Assembly (NCBI GenBank): GCA_963851415.1
Contig: CAWKPF010000003.1
Span: 2,184,097 to 2,248,096 of the forward strand
Direction: 5' to 3'
Origin: an uncultured Acidobacteriota bacterium
GTDB lineage: Bacteria; Acidobacteriota; Thermoanaerobaculia; Multivoradales; Multivoraceae
DNA: 64,000 bases
Positions 39,561 to 51,708 of the stretch are shown one piece after another. Both the position numbers and the translations under genes were made by a program. The stretch's first letter is position 1. Every line of letters starts with the position of its first letter. The notes beneath the pieces were generated by a model. It ran no database searches. It was given only the letters and a program-made list of their open reading frames with translations, and was not told where the DNA came from.

Positions 39561-41780
39561 ATGCTGAGACCGACTGGCCATCGCAGATTCGCGACTCGAG
39601 CGGCAGGGTTCGCTCTTCTGGCCCTCGCAGCGGTCTCGAGCCTCGAGGCAAGTCCTGCGTGTGTACCCGATCGCCCCCGGGTCGCGCTGGTCCTCGGCGG
39701 TGGCGGCGCCAAGGGTGTCGCCCACCTGGGCGTGTTGGAGGTCCTCGAGCGGGAGCGAGTCCCGGTCGATCTCGTGCTCGGAACCAGCATGGGCGCGCTG
39801 GTCGGCGGCCTCTACGCGAGTGGCCTGCCGCTGAAAGATCTCGAAACAGCAGTCGGCGGTATCGATTGGGGGCTCGCCTTCGCCAACCGTGCCGAGCGTA
39901 GGAACCGTTCGTACCGCCGCAAGCAGGACGACGTCAATTACCTGATCAAGGCCCGTCTCCGACTGCGCGACGGAAGAATCGGCACTCCCCCCGGCCTTCT
40001 CGAAGGACGCAGAGTGCTCTACATCCTTCGCATACTCGCCGGATCGGCACTGGTCTACAACGACTTCGACCAGCTCCGGATTCCGTTCCGAGCCATCGCC
40101 ACCGATCTCGAGAACGGAGACACCGTAGTCCTCCGTGCGGGAGACCTGGGTCTCGCGATGCGCGCCAGCATGTCCGTCCCGGCGGTGTTCGACCCGGTGA
40201 TGATCGACGGCCGCACCCTGATCGACGGGGGAATCGCCCAGAACGTGCCAGTCTCGATCGCCCTGGAGCACGATCCAGAGGTGGTCATCGCGGTCGACCT
40301 GGGGAGCGGGATGGCGCCCGACACGAGCTTCGAGAACGCCTCCGAGGTGCTGGGCCGGATGCTCGGTATCCTGATGCGTCGGCAGACCGATGCCGACGTG
40401 TCGCTGCTGCGCGACGAAGACATCCTGATCCAGCCCGACATGGCCGGTATCGCGTCGAGCAGCTTCGGATCGGAGAGTGAGGCGGTGCCGCGGGGCCGGG
40501 CCGCCGCGGAGAAGGTCGTCGAACAGTTGCGAGAGCTGAGCCTCCCGATTGCAGAGTGGGAGCGATTCCAGTCCTGCCGGACACGGATCACCGAGCTGCC
40601 GGTCATCGCTGACATCGAGATCGACGCCGATGCGTCAGGCCAGCGAGTCGTGCGCTCCTATCTGACGTTGGAGCCGGGCGACCGGCTCGACACGGACACG
40701 CTGCTGCGCGACCTCGATCGGGTCTACGCCTTCGACCAGTTCTCCACCGTCGACTACACCCTGAAGGAGACCCCCGCTGGCACGACGCTGGTGATCGACG
40801 CGCCCAGGAAGTCCTGGGGCACCAACTACATTCGCCTCGGAATGACCCTGGCGGACAACTTCGACGGCGGGTCCGGCTTCGACCTGGGTGCTCGCTTCGC
40901 GATGATGCAGCTCAATCAGTGGGGACTCGAGCTCCGCTCAGACTTTCGTATGGGTCAGCTCCAGATCCTGTCAGGAGAGCTCTACCAGCCGGTGCGCGGG
41001 GGCCCCTGGTTCGTTTCACTGACCACCGGCTGGGACTCCCGCGATCTGCCGTTGTTCGACCAGGGCAGCGAGCTGGCCAGATACCGCACGAGTACGTTCT
41101 TCGCGGGCGCCGACGTGGGCCTCGCACTGCTCGACTGGGGAGAGCTGAGAGCCGGCTACGAGTGGGGCAACGGCACGGCTGACTTGAGGGTGGGTCCGCC
41201 AGAGGCCCCAGACATCGGCTTTGACCGTAGGCGGGCACGGATCTCCATCGCTGCCGACACGCTCGACTCGTTCGCCTTCCCGAGCACCGGCTTCGTGGGG
41301 GTGGGGGAATATGCGCGCGTCTTCGAGTCCCCCTTCGACGATCGGACCAGCGATCTGCTGTCGGCCACCTTCACCTCTTTCCTCCATCGGGGGCCCTGGC
41401 GCTACGGCCTGCACGCCGAGGCCGGCCACGTCGTGCAGGACGACCGCACGATCTACCCGTACTCGCTGGGCGGTCTCTTTCGACTTTCCGGACTGCCGAC
41501 CAACGAGTTGTTCGGCAATCAACTCGCTCTCGCCACGTTGACCGTCTATCGCAGATTGGGCGGCGGCAGCAGCGCGCTGGGCATGCCGCTCTACCTCGGT
41601 GGGACCCTCGAGGCTGGCAACCTGTGGCTCGACCGGAGCGAGGTCTCGGCCTCCGATCTCATCTATTCCGGCAGCCTCTTTCTCGGTGCAGATACATTCC
41701 TCGGACCGTTCGTGGTCGGCGCGGGTCTCGCCGACGGCGGACGCTCAAACTACTACCTCCTACTAGGACGGATCTTCTGA
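39561..41780 (+). CDS. Patatin-POTRA-beta-barrel protein (PlpD-like type Vd autotransporter)
   Basis: Signal peptide, GGGGAKG, GTSMG, DGG, a POTRA-like segment, and a barrel ending LGRIF. Confidence 0.9.
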   Translation: MLRPTGHRRFATRAAGFALLALAAVSSLEASPACVPDRPRVALVLGGGGAKGVAHLGVLEVLERERVPVDLVLGTSMGALVGGLYASGLPLKDLETAVGGIDWGLAFANRAERRNRSYRRKQDDVNYLIKARLRLRDGRIGTPPGLLEGRRVLYILRILAGSALVYNDFDQLRIPFRAIATDLENGDTVVLRAGDLGLAMRASMSVPAVFDPVMIDGRTLIDGGIAQNVPVSIALEHDPEVVIAVDLGSGMAPDTSFENASEVLGRMLGILMRRQTDADVSLLRDEDILIQPDMAGIASSSFGSESEAVPRGRAAAEKVVEQLRELSLPIAEWERFQSCRTRITELPVIADIEIDADASGQRVVRSYLTLEPGDRLDTDTLLRDLDRVYAFDQFSTVDYTLKETPAGTTLVIDAPRKSWGTNYIRLGMTLADNFDGGSGFDLGARFAMMQLNQWGLELRSDFRMGQLQILSGELYQPVRGGPWFVSLTTGWDSRDLPLFDQGSELARYRTSTFFAGADVGLALLDWGELRAGYEWGNGTADLRVGPPEAPDIGFDRRRARISIAADTLDSFAFPSTGFVGVGEYARVFESPFDDRTSDLLSATFTSFLHRGPWRYGLHAEAGHVVQDDRTIYPYSLGGLFRLSGLPTNELFGNQLALATLTVYRRLGGGSSALGMPLYLGGTLEAGNLWLDRSEVSASDLIYSGSLFLGADTFLGPFVVGAGLADGGRSNYYLLLGRIF

Positions 41781-41782
41781 TC

Positions 41783-42676
41783 ATGGTCTCTGAGATTTTC
41801 GACCCCGAACGATGGAAGGACGTCGACGGCTTCTCCTTCCAGGACATCACCTACCACTGCACTCCCGACGAGCGGACCGTCCGCGTAGCCTTCGATCGCC
41901 CCGAGGTCCGCAACGCCTTTCGCCCCGCTACCGTGGACGAGCTCTACCGGGCCCTCGATCACGCCCGCACCTGGTCAACGGTCGGATGCGTCCTCATCAC
42001 CGGGAATGGCCCCTCCCCCAAGGACGGAGGCTGGGCCTTCTGCTCCGGCGGCGACCAACGGATCCGTGGAGCCGACGGCTACCGATACGAGGACCCCTCG
42101 GGAGCACCCGACCCCGGGCGACTGGGTCGGCTCCACATTCTCGAAGTCCAGCGACTGATTCGCTTCATGCCGAAGGTGGTGATCGCCGTCGTTCCGGGTT
42201 GGGCCGTCGGTGGTGGCCACAGCCTCCACGTCGTCTGCGACCTCACTCTCGCCTCGGAAGAGCACGCGCTCTTCAAGCAGACCGACCCGGACGTCGGCAG
42301 CTTCGACTCAGGTTACGGCTCGGCCTTGCTCGCCCGCCAGGTCGGACAGAAGCGGGCTCGCGAGATCTTCTTCCTCGGTCGCAACTACTCTGCGCGGGAA
42401 GCGTGCGAGATGGGGATGGCCAACGCGGCGTGTCCCCACGCCGAGCTGGAGACCGTCGCGCTCGAGTGGGCCGGGGAGATCAACAGCAAAAGCCCTACCG
42501 CCATGCGCATGCTGAAGTACGGATTCAACCTTCCCGACGACGGCATGGTCGGTCAGCAGCTCTTTGCCGGCGAAGCCACCCGCCTCGCGTACGGCACCGA
42601 AGAGGCAGCGGAAGGACGCGACGCCTTTCTCGAGAAGCGCCGGCGCGACTTCACCCGCTTTCCCTGGCACTACTGA
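41783..42676 (+). CDS. menB: 1,4-dihydroxy-2-naphthoyl-CoA synthase
   Basis: RPEVRNAFRP, FCSGGDQR, VGGGHSLHVVCDLT, VGSFDSGYGS, QKRAREIFF and EGRDAFLEKR. Confidence 0.96.
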   Translation: MVSEIFDPERWKDVDGFSFQDITYHCTPDERTVRVAFDRPEVRNAFRPATVDELYRALDHARTWSTVGCVLITGNGPSPKDGGWAFCSGGDQRIRGADGYRYEDPSGAPDPGRLGRLHILEVQRLIRFMPKVVIAVVPGWAVGGGHSLHVVCDLTLASEEHALFKQTDPDVGSFDSGYGSALLARQVGQKRAREIFFLGRNYSAREACEMGMANAACPHAELETVALEWAGEINSKSPTAMRMLKYGFNLPDDGMVGQQLFAGEATRLAYGTEEAAEGRDAFLEKRRRDFTRFPWHY

Positions 42677-42805
42677 GGCTCCCGCCGAGGCTCTCGGCTC
42701 CCCGCGCGGGGCCGCCACGAGCGCCGCCCCCTAGCGAGGCCGCACTCTCGTCTCGGCTGCGCGGTCCTGCTCGCGACTCGTCCCTCGGAAGCGGCTTGCG
42801 TTCCG

Positions 42806-44059
42806 GTGTGGAGGCCGTCACAATCGGGACCAACAAACCGATTCCAGGGACCAAGCGCCATCGACCAGGGACGATCAGCCTCTCCTGGGAGCGGCCCACC
42901 TCGAGCCGTTCCGACCCTCCTCACGGCAGCCCTCGCCGGCTCGCTGCTGATGTCGATCGGCGCCCGCGCCTCCCCGGTCGACGACCCCGAGCTCCAGCGC
43001 CTCCGTCACACCGTCGAGCGCGCGGTCCGCTCCGGGAGCGTCCTCGGAGCGCGTCTCGCCATCGAGCGGAGCCTTCTCACGGAGGGGGAAGCGCGGTCGT
43101 TCGATCGCACCTCTGCGCGGCTCCTGGGTCTGCGCAGCTCGGCTGCTGCTCACCTCGCCCGCACCCTGCCCCACCAGACCACGGCGGTCCAGCTCATCGA
43201 GCAGCTCTTCGACTCGCTGCGAATCCAGCATGTCCGAGTGAGAGCCGGCGGAGACAACTCGTTGCTCAGCGAGACCTTCCTCGAGCGTCGGCCGCGGCCG
43301 GGCCTCGAAACCGGGCCGCGAGCGTACTGGGTCGATTGCGATCTCCTGGCGGTGACGGCCTGGGCCGTGCTCGAGGAGCTCCAGCAACGGCGCCCACTCA
43401 CCCTGCCGAGGCTCGCCATCGTCGCGACCTCCGACCACCTGGCACTGGCGATCCGACGCAGGGACCCAGGCGAGTCCGAGGAGGAGTCGATTCAGGTCGT
43501 TCTGCTGCGAGTGCTCGACGAGGAGGGACGCCTCGCGGTGGGGCTGGTCTCCTTGAGCGACTACAGGGACTCGTATCGCCGGCGCTACGGTGAGACTCCG
43601 CGCGTGCTCGCCCCACAGGAGGGACTGATCGCCAACGCGTGGGAGATCGCCGCCAGCCACTGGATCGCACGCAAGGAGTTCGATCCCGCCGAGCGCTATG
43701 CGGCTCGGGCGGTCGAGATCGATCCGCACAGTCCGGGAGCCTTGAATTCCCTGGCATTGGCGCGGCGCCGCAACGGAGACCTCGGGGGTGCGCTGGAGAG
43801 CCTTTCGCGGGCCATCGCGCTGCGGGGAGACGACCCTCATCTGTTCGCCAATCTCGCTTCCGTGTATCTGGCACTGGGACATCACGAGCTCGCCCTGCGC
43901 GCCGCCGAGAGCGCGGTCGCTCACGGCCCAGGTGAGCCGCTCGTCTACAAGCGCCGCTTTTCCGTGTTGACCCTCCTCGGCGACGCGGATGGCGCTCGGC
44001 GAGACCTCATGACCTACCAGGGAATGCTTCGAACCAGCGACACGTCTGCGGCTCCCTGA
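42806..44059 (+). CDS. TPR protein with possible transglutaminase-like N-terminal core
   Basis: C-terminal TPRs. N-terminal DCDLL...ATSDHLAL Cys/His pattern. Start position uncertain. Confidence 0.7.
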   Translation: MWRPSQSGPTNRFQGPSAIDQGRSASPGSGPPRAVPTLLTAALAGSLLMSIGARASPVDDPELQRLRHTVERAVRSGSVLGARLAIERSLLTEGEARSFDRTSARLLGLRSSAAAHLARTLPHQTTAVQLIEQLFDSLRIQHVRVRAGGDNSLLSETFLERRPRPGLETGPRAYWVDCDLLAVTAWAVLEELQQRRPLTLPRLAIVATSDHLALAIRRRDPGESEEESIQVVLLRVLDEEGRLAVGLVSLSDYRDSYRRRYGETPRVLAPQEGLIANAWEIAASHWIARKEFDPAERYAARAVEIDPHSPGALNSLALARRRNGDLGGALESLSRAIALRGDDPHLFANLASVYLALGHHELALRAAESAVAHGPGEPLVYKRRFSVLTLLGDADGARRDLMTYQGMLRTSDTSAAP

Positions 44060-44138
44060 AGTTCGGCTGCGGACAGTACGGCCCAGCTCCCCCTGGCTCC
44101 ATCCCCTCGGGTCCGTCGGCCGCTCCCCGGCCGCTGGT

Positions 44139-45896
<1,758 letters not shown>

Positions 45897-46005
45897 GACG
45901 ACTCCCCCACTCGTTCCATACTGTCGTTGGGAAGGAAACCCGCCGACTCTAGCAGTCCCCTCGGGCCGCCTCCCCCGTCCGGGTGACTTTGGCTACACTG
46001 CGCAG

Positions 46006-47060
<1,055 letters not shown>

Positions 47061-47064
<4 letters not shown>

Positions 47065-48068
47065 CCGAGCCGCGAAGCCTCCTCCAGCCGCTCAGGGAGC
47101 TGCACGCGGCGCTGCGCGACCGCGTCGTGAGCGCCTGTGAGCGCCAGAGCACAGACCAGCTGTCGGTGGTCGACAGGGAGGGCGTCGACGACACGATCTA
47201 CACCATCGATCGCGTCTCGGAAGAGCTCCTGCTCGAGCTCTGTCGAGAACGCCTGGCCGACGTCTCCCCCTTCGTGCTTGTCGCCGAAGGGCTGAAGGGT
47301 GGGCGTCGTGTCCTGCCCGAAGGAACGCTCGAGGAAGACGCGCCCCTCGTGCTCATCGTCGACCCGATCGACGGGACAAGAGGTCTGATGTACCAGAAGC
47401 GCAGCGGCTGGATCCTCAGCGGCGTGGCGCGCAACCGTGGCGCTGCAACCACCCTGGCCGACATCGAGGTCGCTGTCCAGACCGAGATCCCGTTGATCAA
47501 GCAGCACCTCAGCGACAGTGCCTGGGCCGTCAACGGGGAAGGCGTCGCGGCCGAGCGCTGGGACCGACTGCGACGGCGAGCAACGCCCCTCGAGCTGCGT
47601 CCCTCCCGCGCGCGGGACCTGCGGCACGGTTTCGGCCAGATCAGCCGCTTCTTCCCGGGAGGCCGCGATCTCCTCGCGGCGCTCGAAGAAGACCTCGTCG
47701 CGCGCCATCTCGGTCCGCCGAACGGCCGGGCGATCTGTTTCGAAGATCAGTACATCTGCAGCGGCGGCCAGCTCTACGAACTGGCGACGGGTCATGATCG
47801 CTTCGTCGCCGAACTGCGACCGCTACTCGCGCGGCCGCTCGAAGAGCGGGGGGAGCCCCCCGTGATTCCCTGCCATCCCTACGACCTCTGCACCGAGCTG
47901 ATCGCGCGGGAGCTGGGGGTCGAGATCTGCGCTCCCGACGGCTCGCCACTCACGGCGCCACTCGACCTGACCTCTCCGGTGAGCTGGGTCGGCTACGCCA
48001 ACAGCGAGCTGCGCCGGGCTCTGGAGCCCATTCTCCAGGAGCTCTTGCGCGAGAGGGGCATGCTCTGA
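47061..48068 (+). CDS. Inositol monophosphatase family sugar-phosphate phosphatase
   Basis: [18 protein letters not shown] and HPYD motifs. GTG start overlaps the galT stop (GTGA). Confidence 0.85.
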
Positions 48069-48085
48069 GTACCCACGACGCCCGC

Positions 48086-49462
48086 TTGTCGCCGGTCGAC
48101 GACGCCCTGCGGGAACAGCGTGAGTTCGCCGCGGAGCTACGGGCCTCGCGCCGCTTCACGCCTGGTCCCTTCGTCGTGGCACGAGCTCCCGGGCGTCTCG
48201 ATGTGATGGGAGGAATCGCCGACTACTCGGGCTCGTTGGTCCTTCAGATGCCCCTGCGCGAGGCAACCCTGGTGGCCGTCCAACGAGACCCCGACCTGTC
48301 CGGTCCCCGCGCCCAGATCACGATCCGTTCCCCCCGGGAGCCCGGGACGCGCCGCACCGAGCGGGTCACGCTGAGTCGCGAGCACATCCTGCCTGGCGAC
48401 GGGGACATCGACTACGCCGACGCTCGGGCGCGACTCGCGGCCGCGCTCGAAGCGCAGGGCGACGCACGGTGGGCAGCCTACGTTGCCGGCGTCTGGCCGA
48501 TCCTCCGCGGTGAGCTCGGCAGCGAGCTCCCGGGCGGCGCTCGGATCGAGATCCGCTCGAGCGTTCCCGAAGGCAAGGGAGTGAGCTCCTCGGCCGCGCT
48601 CGAGGTCGCCACCATGCGCGCCGTCTGCGCAGCATGGAGCATCGAGCTCTCGGGCGATCGTATGGCCCTGCTCTGCCAGAAGGTCGAGAACGCGATCGTC
48701 GGAGCACCCTGTGGTGTCATGGATCAAATGACCTCGGCAATCGGCCGCAGCGACCGGCTGCTCGCCCTGCTCTGCCGCCCCGCACAGGTCGACGGGCATC
48801 TCGAGATCCCGGCCCCGATCGCCTTTGCCGGGATCGACAGCGGAGTTCGTCACGCGGTGACCGGCGCCGACTATGCGACCGTTCGTGCCGCCGCCTTCAT
48901 GGCACGACGGATCCTCGCGAGTCACCGGCCCGTCGAATGGCTGACCGAGCTCTCGCCGCCGGAGGCGGTCGATGATCTGCCCATCTGGCTTTCCGGAGAC
49001 GAGTTTCTCGGACTCTACGGTTCCCACGAGGACGCCGCGACCGAGGTTCTACCCCACACGAGCTATCCGGTTCGTGCGGCCGCGCGCCACGCGGTTCTCG
49101 AGCACCGGCGAGTGCAACGGTTTGCCGGGCTGCTCGCAGAGCCCATCGGGGAGACCGAGATCGCGGAACTGGGCGCGCTGATGCGCGAGTCCCACCTGAG
49201 CTACAGCGCATGCGGCCTCGGGACTCCCGAGACCGACCGCCTGGTCGAGCTCGCGGTCGAGGAAGGGTTACCCGGGGGGCGTATCACCGGCGGCGGCAGC
49301 GGAGGAACGGTGGCGGTGGTCGGAGAGCGCCTGCAGCTCGAGACCTCGATTCGACGCATCGGAGCGCGTTTTGCAGAAGAGACCGGGATCACCCCGCACC
49401 TCTTCGTCGGCTCGTCCCCTGGAGCATTCGAAGCCGATCCGTGGTCGAGCTCGGGTGCCTGA
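48086..49462 (+). CDS. GHMP sugar kinase resembling the plant L-arabinokinase (ARA1) kinase domain
   Basis: RAPGRLDVMGGIADYSGSLVLQMP, VPEGKGVSSSAA, VENAIVGAPCGVMDQMTS, SHLSYSACGLG and ITGGGSGGTV. Confidence 0.88.
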   Translation: MSPVDDALREQREFAAELRASRRFTPGPFVVARAPGRLDVMGGIADYSGSLVLQMPLREATLVAVQRDPDLSGPRAQITIRSPREPGTRRTERVTLSREHILPGDGDIDYADARARLAAALEAQGDARWAAYVAGVWPILRGELGSELPGGARIEIRSSVPEGKGVSSSAALEVATMRAVCAAWSIELSGDRMALLCQKVENAIVGAPCGVMDQMTSAIGRSDRLLALLCRPAQVDGHLEIPAPIAFAGIDSGVRHAVTGADYATVRAAAFMARRILASHRPVEWLTELSPPEAVDDLPIWLSGDEFLGLYGSHEDAATEVLPHTSYPVRAAARHAVLEHRRVQRFAGLLAEPIGETEIAELGALMRESHLSYSACGLGTPETDRLVELAVEEGLPGGRITGGGSGGTVAVVGERLQLETSIRRIGARFAEETGITPHLFVGSSPGAFEADPWSSSGA

Positions 49463-49511
49463 TTCGGGTATCGTTGCGCCTCAGGCCTCTTCTCCATCGA
49501 GTGCTCGCAGG

Positions 49512-50453
49512 ATGAACCCGCCCCATTCTCTGCCACCCCTCGCAGTGCGGATGCCCAAGCCTCTCGGCGACTACGTCATGGCCAGCGTTGCACTCAGATC
49601 TCTCGAAGGCTGGGGCTTTCCTCTGACGGTCATCGGCCCCAGACCCATCAACGGACTCTTCTCCGATCTGGGGGCCGAGTTCGAGAGCATCGGCGAAGTG
49701 AGAGCCGCCCTACGGCGGGCGCGAGGAGCGGGCATTGGCGACCTGCTCCTGCTGTCGTCTTCGTTTCGCAGCGCTTTCCAGGCTCGTCTGACACGAATGC
49801 GCGGCATCGGGGTGCGAGGGGACTCGAGGGCCCTGCTTCTCCATTCTTCGATGCCTCGCCTCCTCGATGAGCACAAGGTCGAGGAGTACTACAAACTGGG
49901 CAGGCTGGCCGCCGCGACGGTCGCTCCCGACCTGACGCTCCCCATGGAGCCGACTCCTCTGCCCAGGATCTCCGTTCCCGCCGACGCCCACCACTCAGCA
50001 CAGCAGAGAGTCGACGAGGCCAACGTCCGATCTCCCTACGTCGTCTGCTGTCCGACGGTTGCCGCCAGACACGGTGCCAAGAAACGATGGCCGGCCTTTG
50101 GCGAGCTCTATCGGCAACTCTCCGCAGCCGGGCACCAGATCGTGACCTGCCCCGGGCCCGGGGAGGAAGAGACCTGTCGGGAGGCGGGGGCGCGGGGCGC
50201 GATCCTGGAGGGCGTTCCTCTGGAAGAGCTCGCAGCCATCCTCCGGAACGCAGCGGCCGTGGTCTCGAACGATACCGGTGTCGTCCACCTCGCCGCTGCG
50301 GTCGGCGCCCCCACTCTCGGAGTGTACGGCGACACCGATCCCGCGCGCTACGGACCCCGTGGCCCCCGCGCCGATCTACTCGGCCGTGAGGGGCATTGGC
50401 CTGATGTCGAGCCCGTCTTCGAGTGGGTGAGACGACACGTCACGCCAGGCTAG
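49512..50453 (+). CDS. Glycosyltransferase family 9 (heptosyltransferase-like)
   Basis: RMPKPLGDYVM, KKRWP and SNDTGVVHLAAAVGAPTLGVYG. Confidence 0.88.
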   Translation: MNPPHSLPPLAVRMPKPLGDYVMASVALRSLEGWGFPLTVIGPRPINGLFSDLGAEFESIGEVRAALRRARGAGIGDLLLLSSSFRSAFQARLTRMRGIGVRGDSRALLLHSSMPRLLDEHKVEEYYKLGRLAAATVAPDLTLPMEPTPLPRISVPADAHHSAQQRVDEANVRSPYVVCCPTVAARHGAKKRWPAFGELYRQLSAAGHQIVTCPGPGEEETCREAGARGAILEGVPLEELAAILRNAAAVVSNDTGVVHLAAAVGAPTLGVYGDTDPARYGPRGPRADLLGREGHWPDVEPVFEWVRRHVTPG

Positions 50454-51708
50454 CCGTGTCCGGTGCGGCAGGACTGTTGATCCTCTGCCCGGCCGCCACG
50501 CTCGCCTCGGCATGTCGGCGGAGCGAAGGACCGACCAACAAGGCACACAGCGCCACCACGACACCTCCGGCCGCGAGTACCGGCGCCTCTCCCACCCGAT
50601 CCGCGATCGATCCGGCGACGAGACCGGAGATCGGGAAGACGCCCAGCATGGTCGTGGTGTAGAGCGACATGACGCGGCCACGCAGTCCCGCTGGGCAGAT
50701 CGTCTGCACCAGGGTGTTGCAGGACGCGACCTGGGTCACGAAGCAGAACCCCACGGGTACCAGCACCATCACCGCCGTGGCGGGGGTCCTGGCGAAGGAC
50801 AGCACCACGAGGAGTGCCCCGAAGCCGAAGCCCGCCCAGGCGACGAAACGCTCGAGACCCTCGACCCGGGCTCGACGAGCCAACAACACCGCCGCCACCA
50901 GGGCTCCGCCGCCGATCGCCACCTGGAGCGACGAGAACGTCTCCGCGCCACCGGCGAGAGCGCGTCGCGCGAAGGACGGCAGGAGGACTCCATACGGCAT
51001 ACCGAAGGCCGCCGTCACCAGGAGGAAGCCGAGAAGGACTCGAATCGTCGGTTCGCGCCGGGCGAAGCCGATGCCCTGGCGAATCTCTCGGACGATCGAC
51101 GTGCCCGCCGATTCTCGAGGTGCCCGCACTGGAATCCGGATCGCGAGAAGTGCCAACACGACCGCCACACCCGCTGCGGCGTTGCCGAGGAAGCACCACC
51201 CCTCGCCGACCCAGGGAATCAGCATGCCCGCAAGCGCGGGACCGAGCAGCCGCGCCACGTTGAAGAGTGCCGAGTTCAGTGCGATGGCGTTGGCGAGGTC
51301 AGGCAGTCCGACCAGATCGGGTACGAACGCCTGACGGGTGGGAACCTCGATCGCCCGGGCGACGCCGGAAGCGAAGGCGATCGCGATCACCTGCCAGGCA
51401 ACGATGCTCCCCGCCACAGCGAGTGTGCCCAGGAGGGCGGCCGCCGAGAGGGCGGCGAGCTGCGTCATCACCAGAATCGCGCGCTTGTCGTGCCGGTCGG
51501 CCATGGCGCCTGCGATGGGACCGAGCACGAGGCCCGGACCCTGCGAAGCGAAGGTGGCCAGGCCCACCATTGCCGCCGAATCGGTGAGGCGATAGACCAA
51601 CCACGCCTGGGCCGTGAACTGCATCCACAGTCCGATCAGCGAAGCCGCCTGGCCGAGATAGAAGAGACGATAGTTCCGAGAGCGAAGCGCTCCCTTCGGC
51701 CAGCTCAC
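50440..51708 (-). CDS. MFS transporter (MFS_3/DUF894-like)
   Basis: ALRSRNYRLFYLGQ, ADRHDKR, PTRQAFV, NAIALNS and LRGRVMSLY. GTG start overlaps the ADOP stop. Confidence 0.9.
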   Translation of the reverse strand: MSWPKGALRSRNYRLFYLGQAASLIGLWMQFTAQAWLVYRLTDSAAMVGLATFASQGPGLVLGPIAGAMADRHDKRAILVMTQLAALSAAALLGTLAVAGSIVAWQVIAIAFASGVARAIEVPTRQAFVPDLVGLPDLANAIALNSALFNVARLLGPALAGMLIPWVGEGWCFLGNAAAGVAVVLALLAIRIPVRAPRESAGTSIVREIRQGIGFARREPTIRVLLGFLLVTAAFGMPYGVLLPSFARRALAGGAETFSSLQVAIGGGALVAAVLLARRARVEGLERFVAWAGFGFGALLVVLSFARTPATAVMVLVPVGFCFVTQVASCNTLVQTICPAGLRGRVMSLYTTTMLGVFPISGLVAGSIADRVGEAPVLAAGGVVVALCALLVGPSLRRHAEASVAAGQRINSPAAPDTASLA

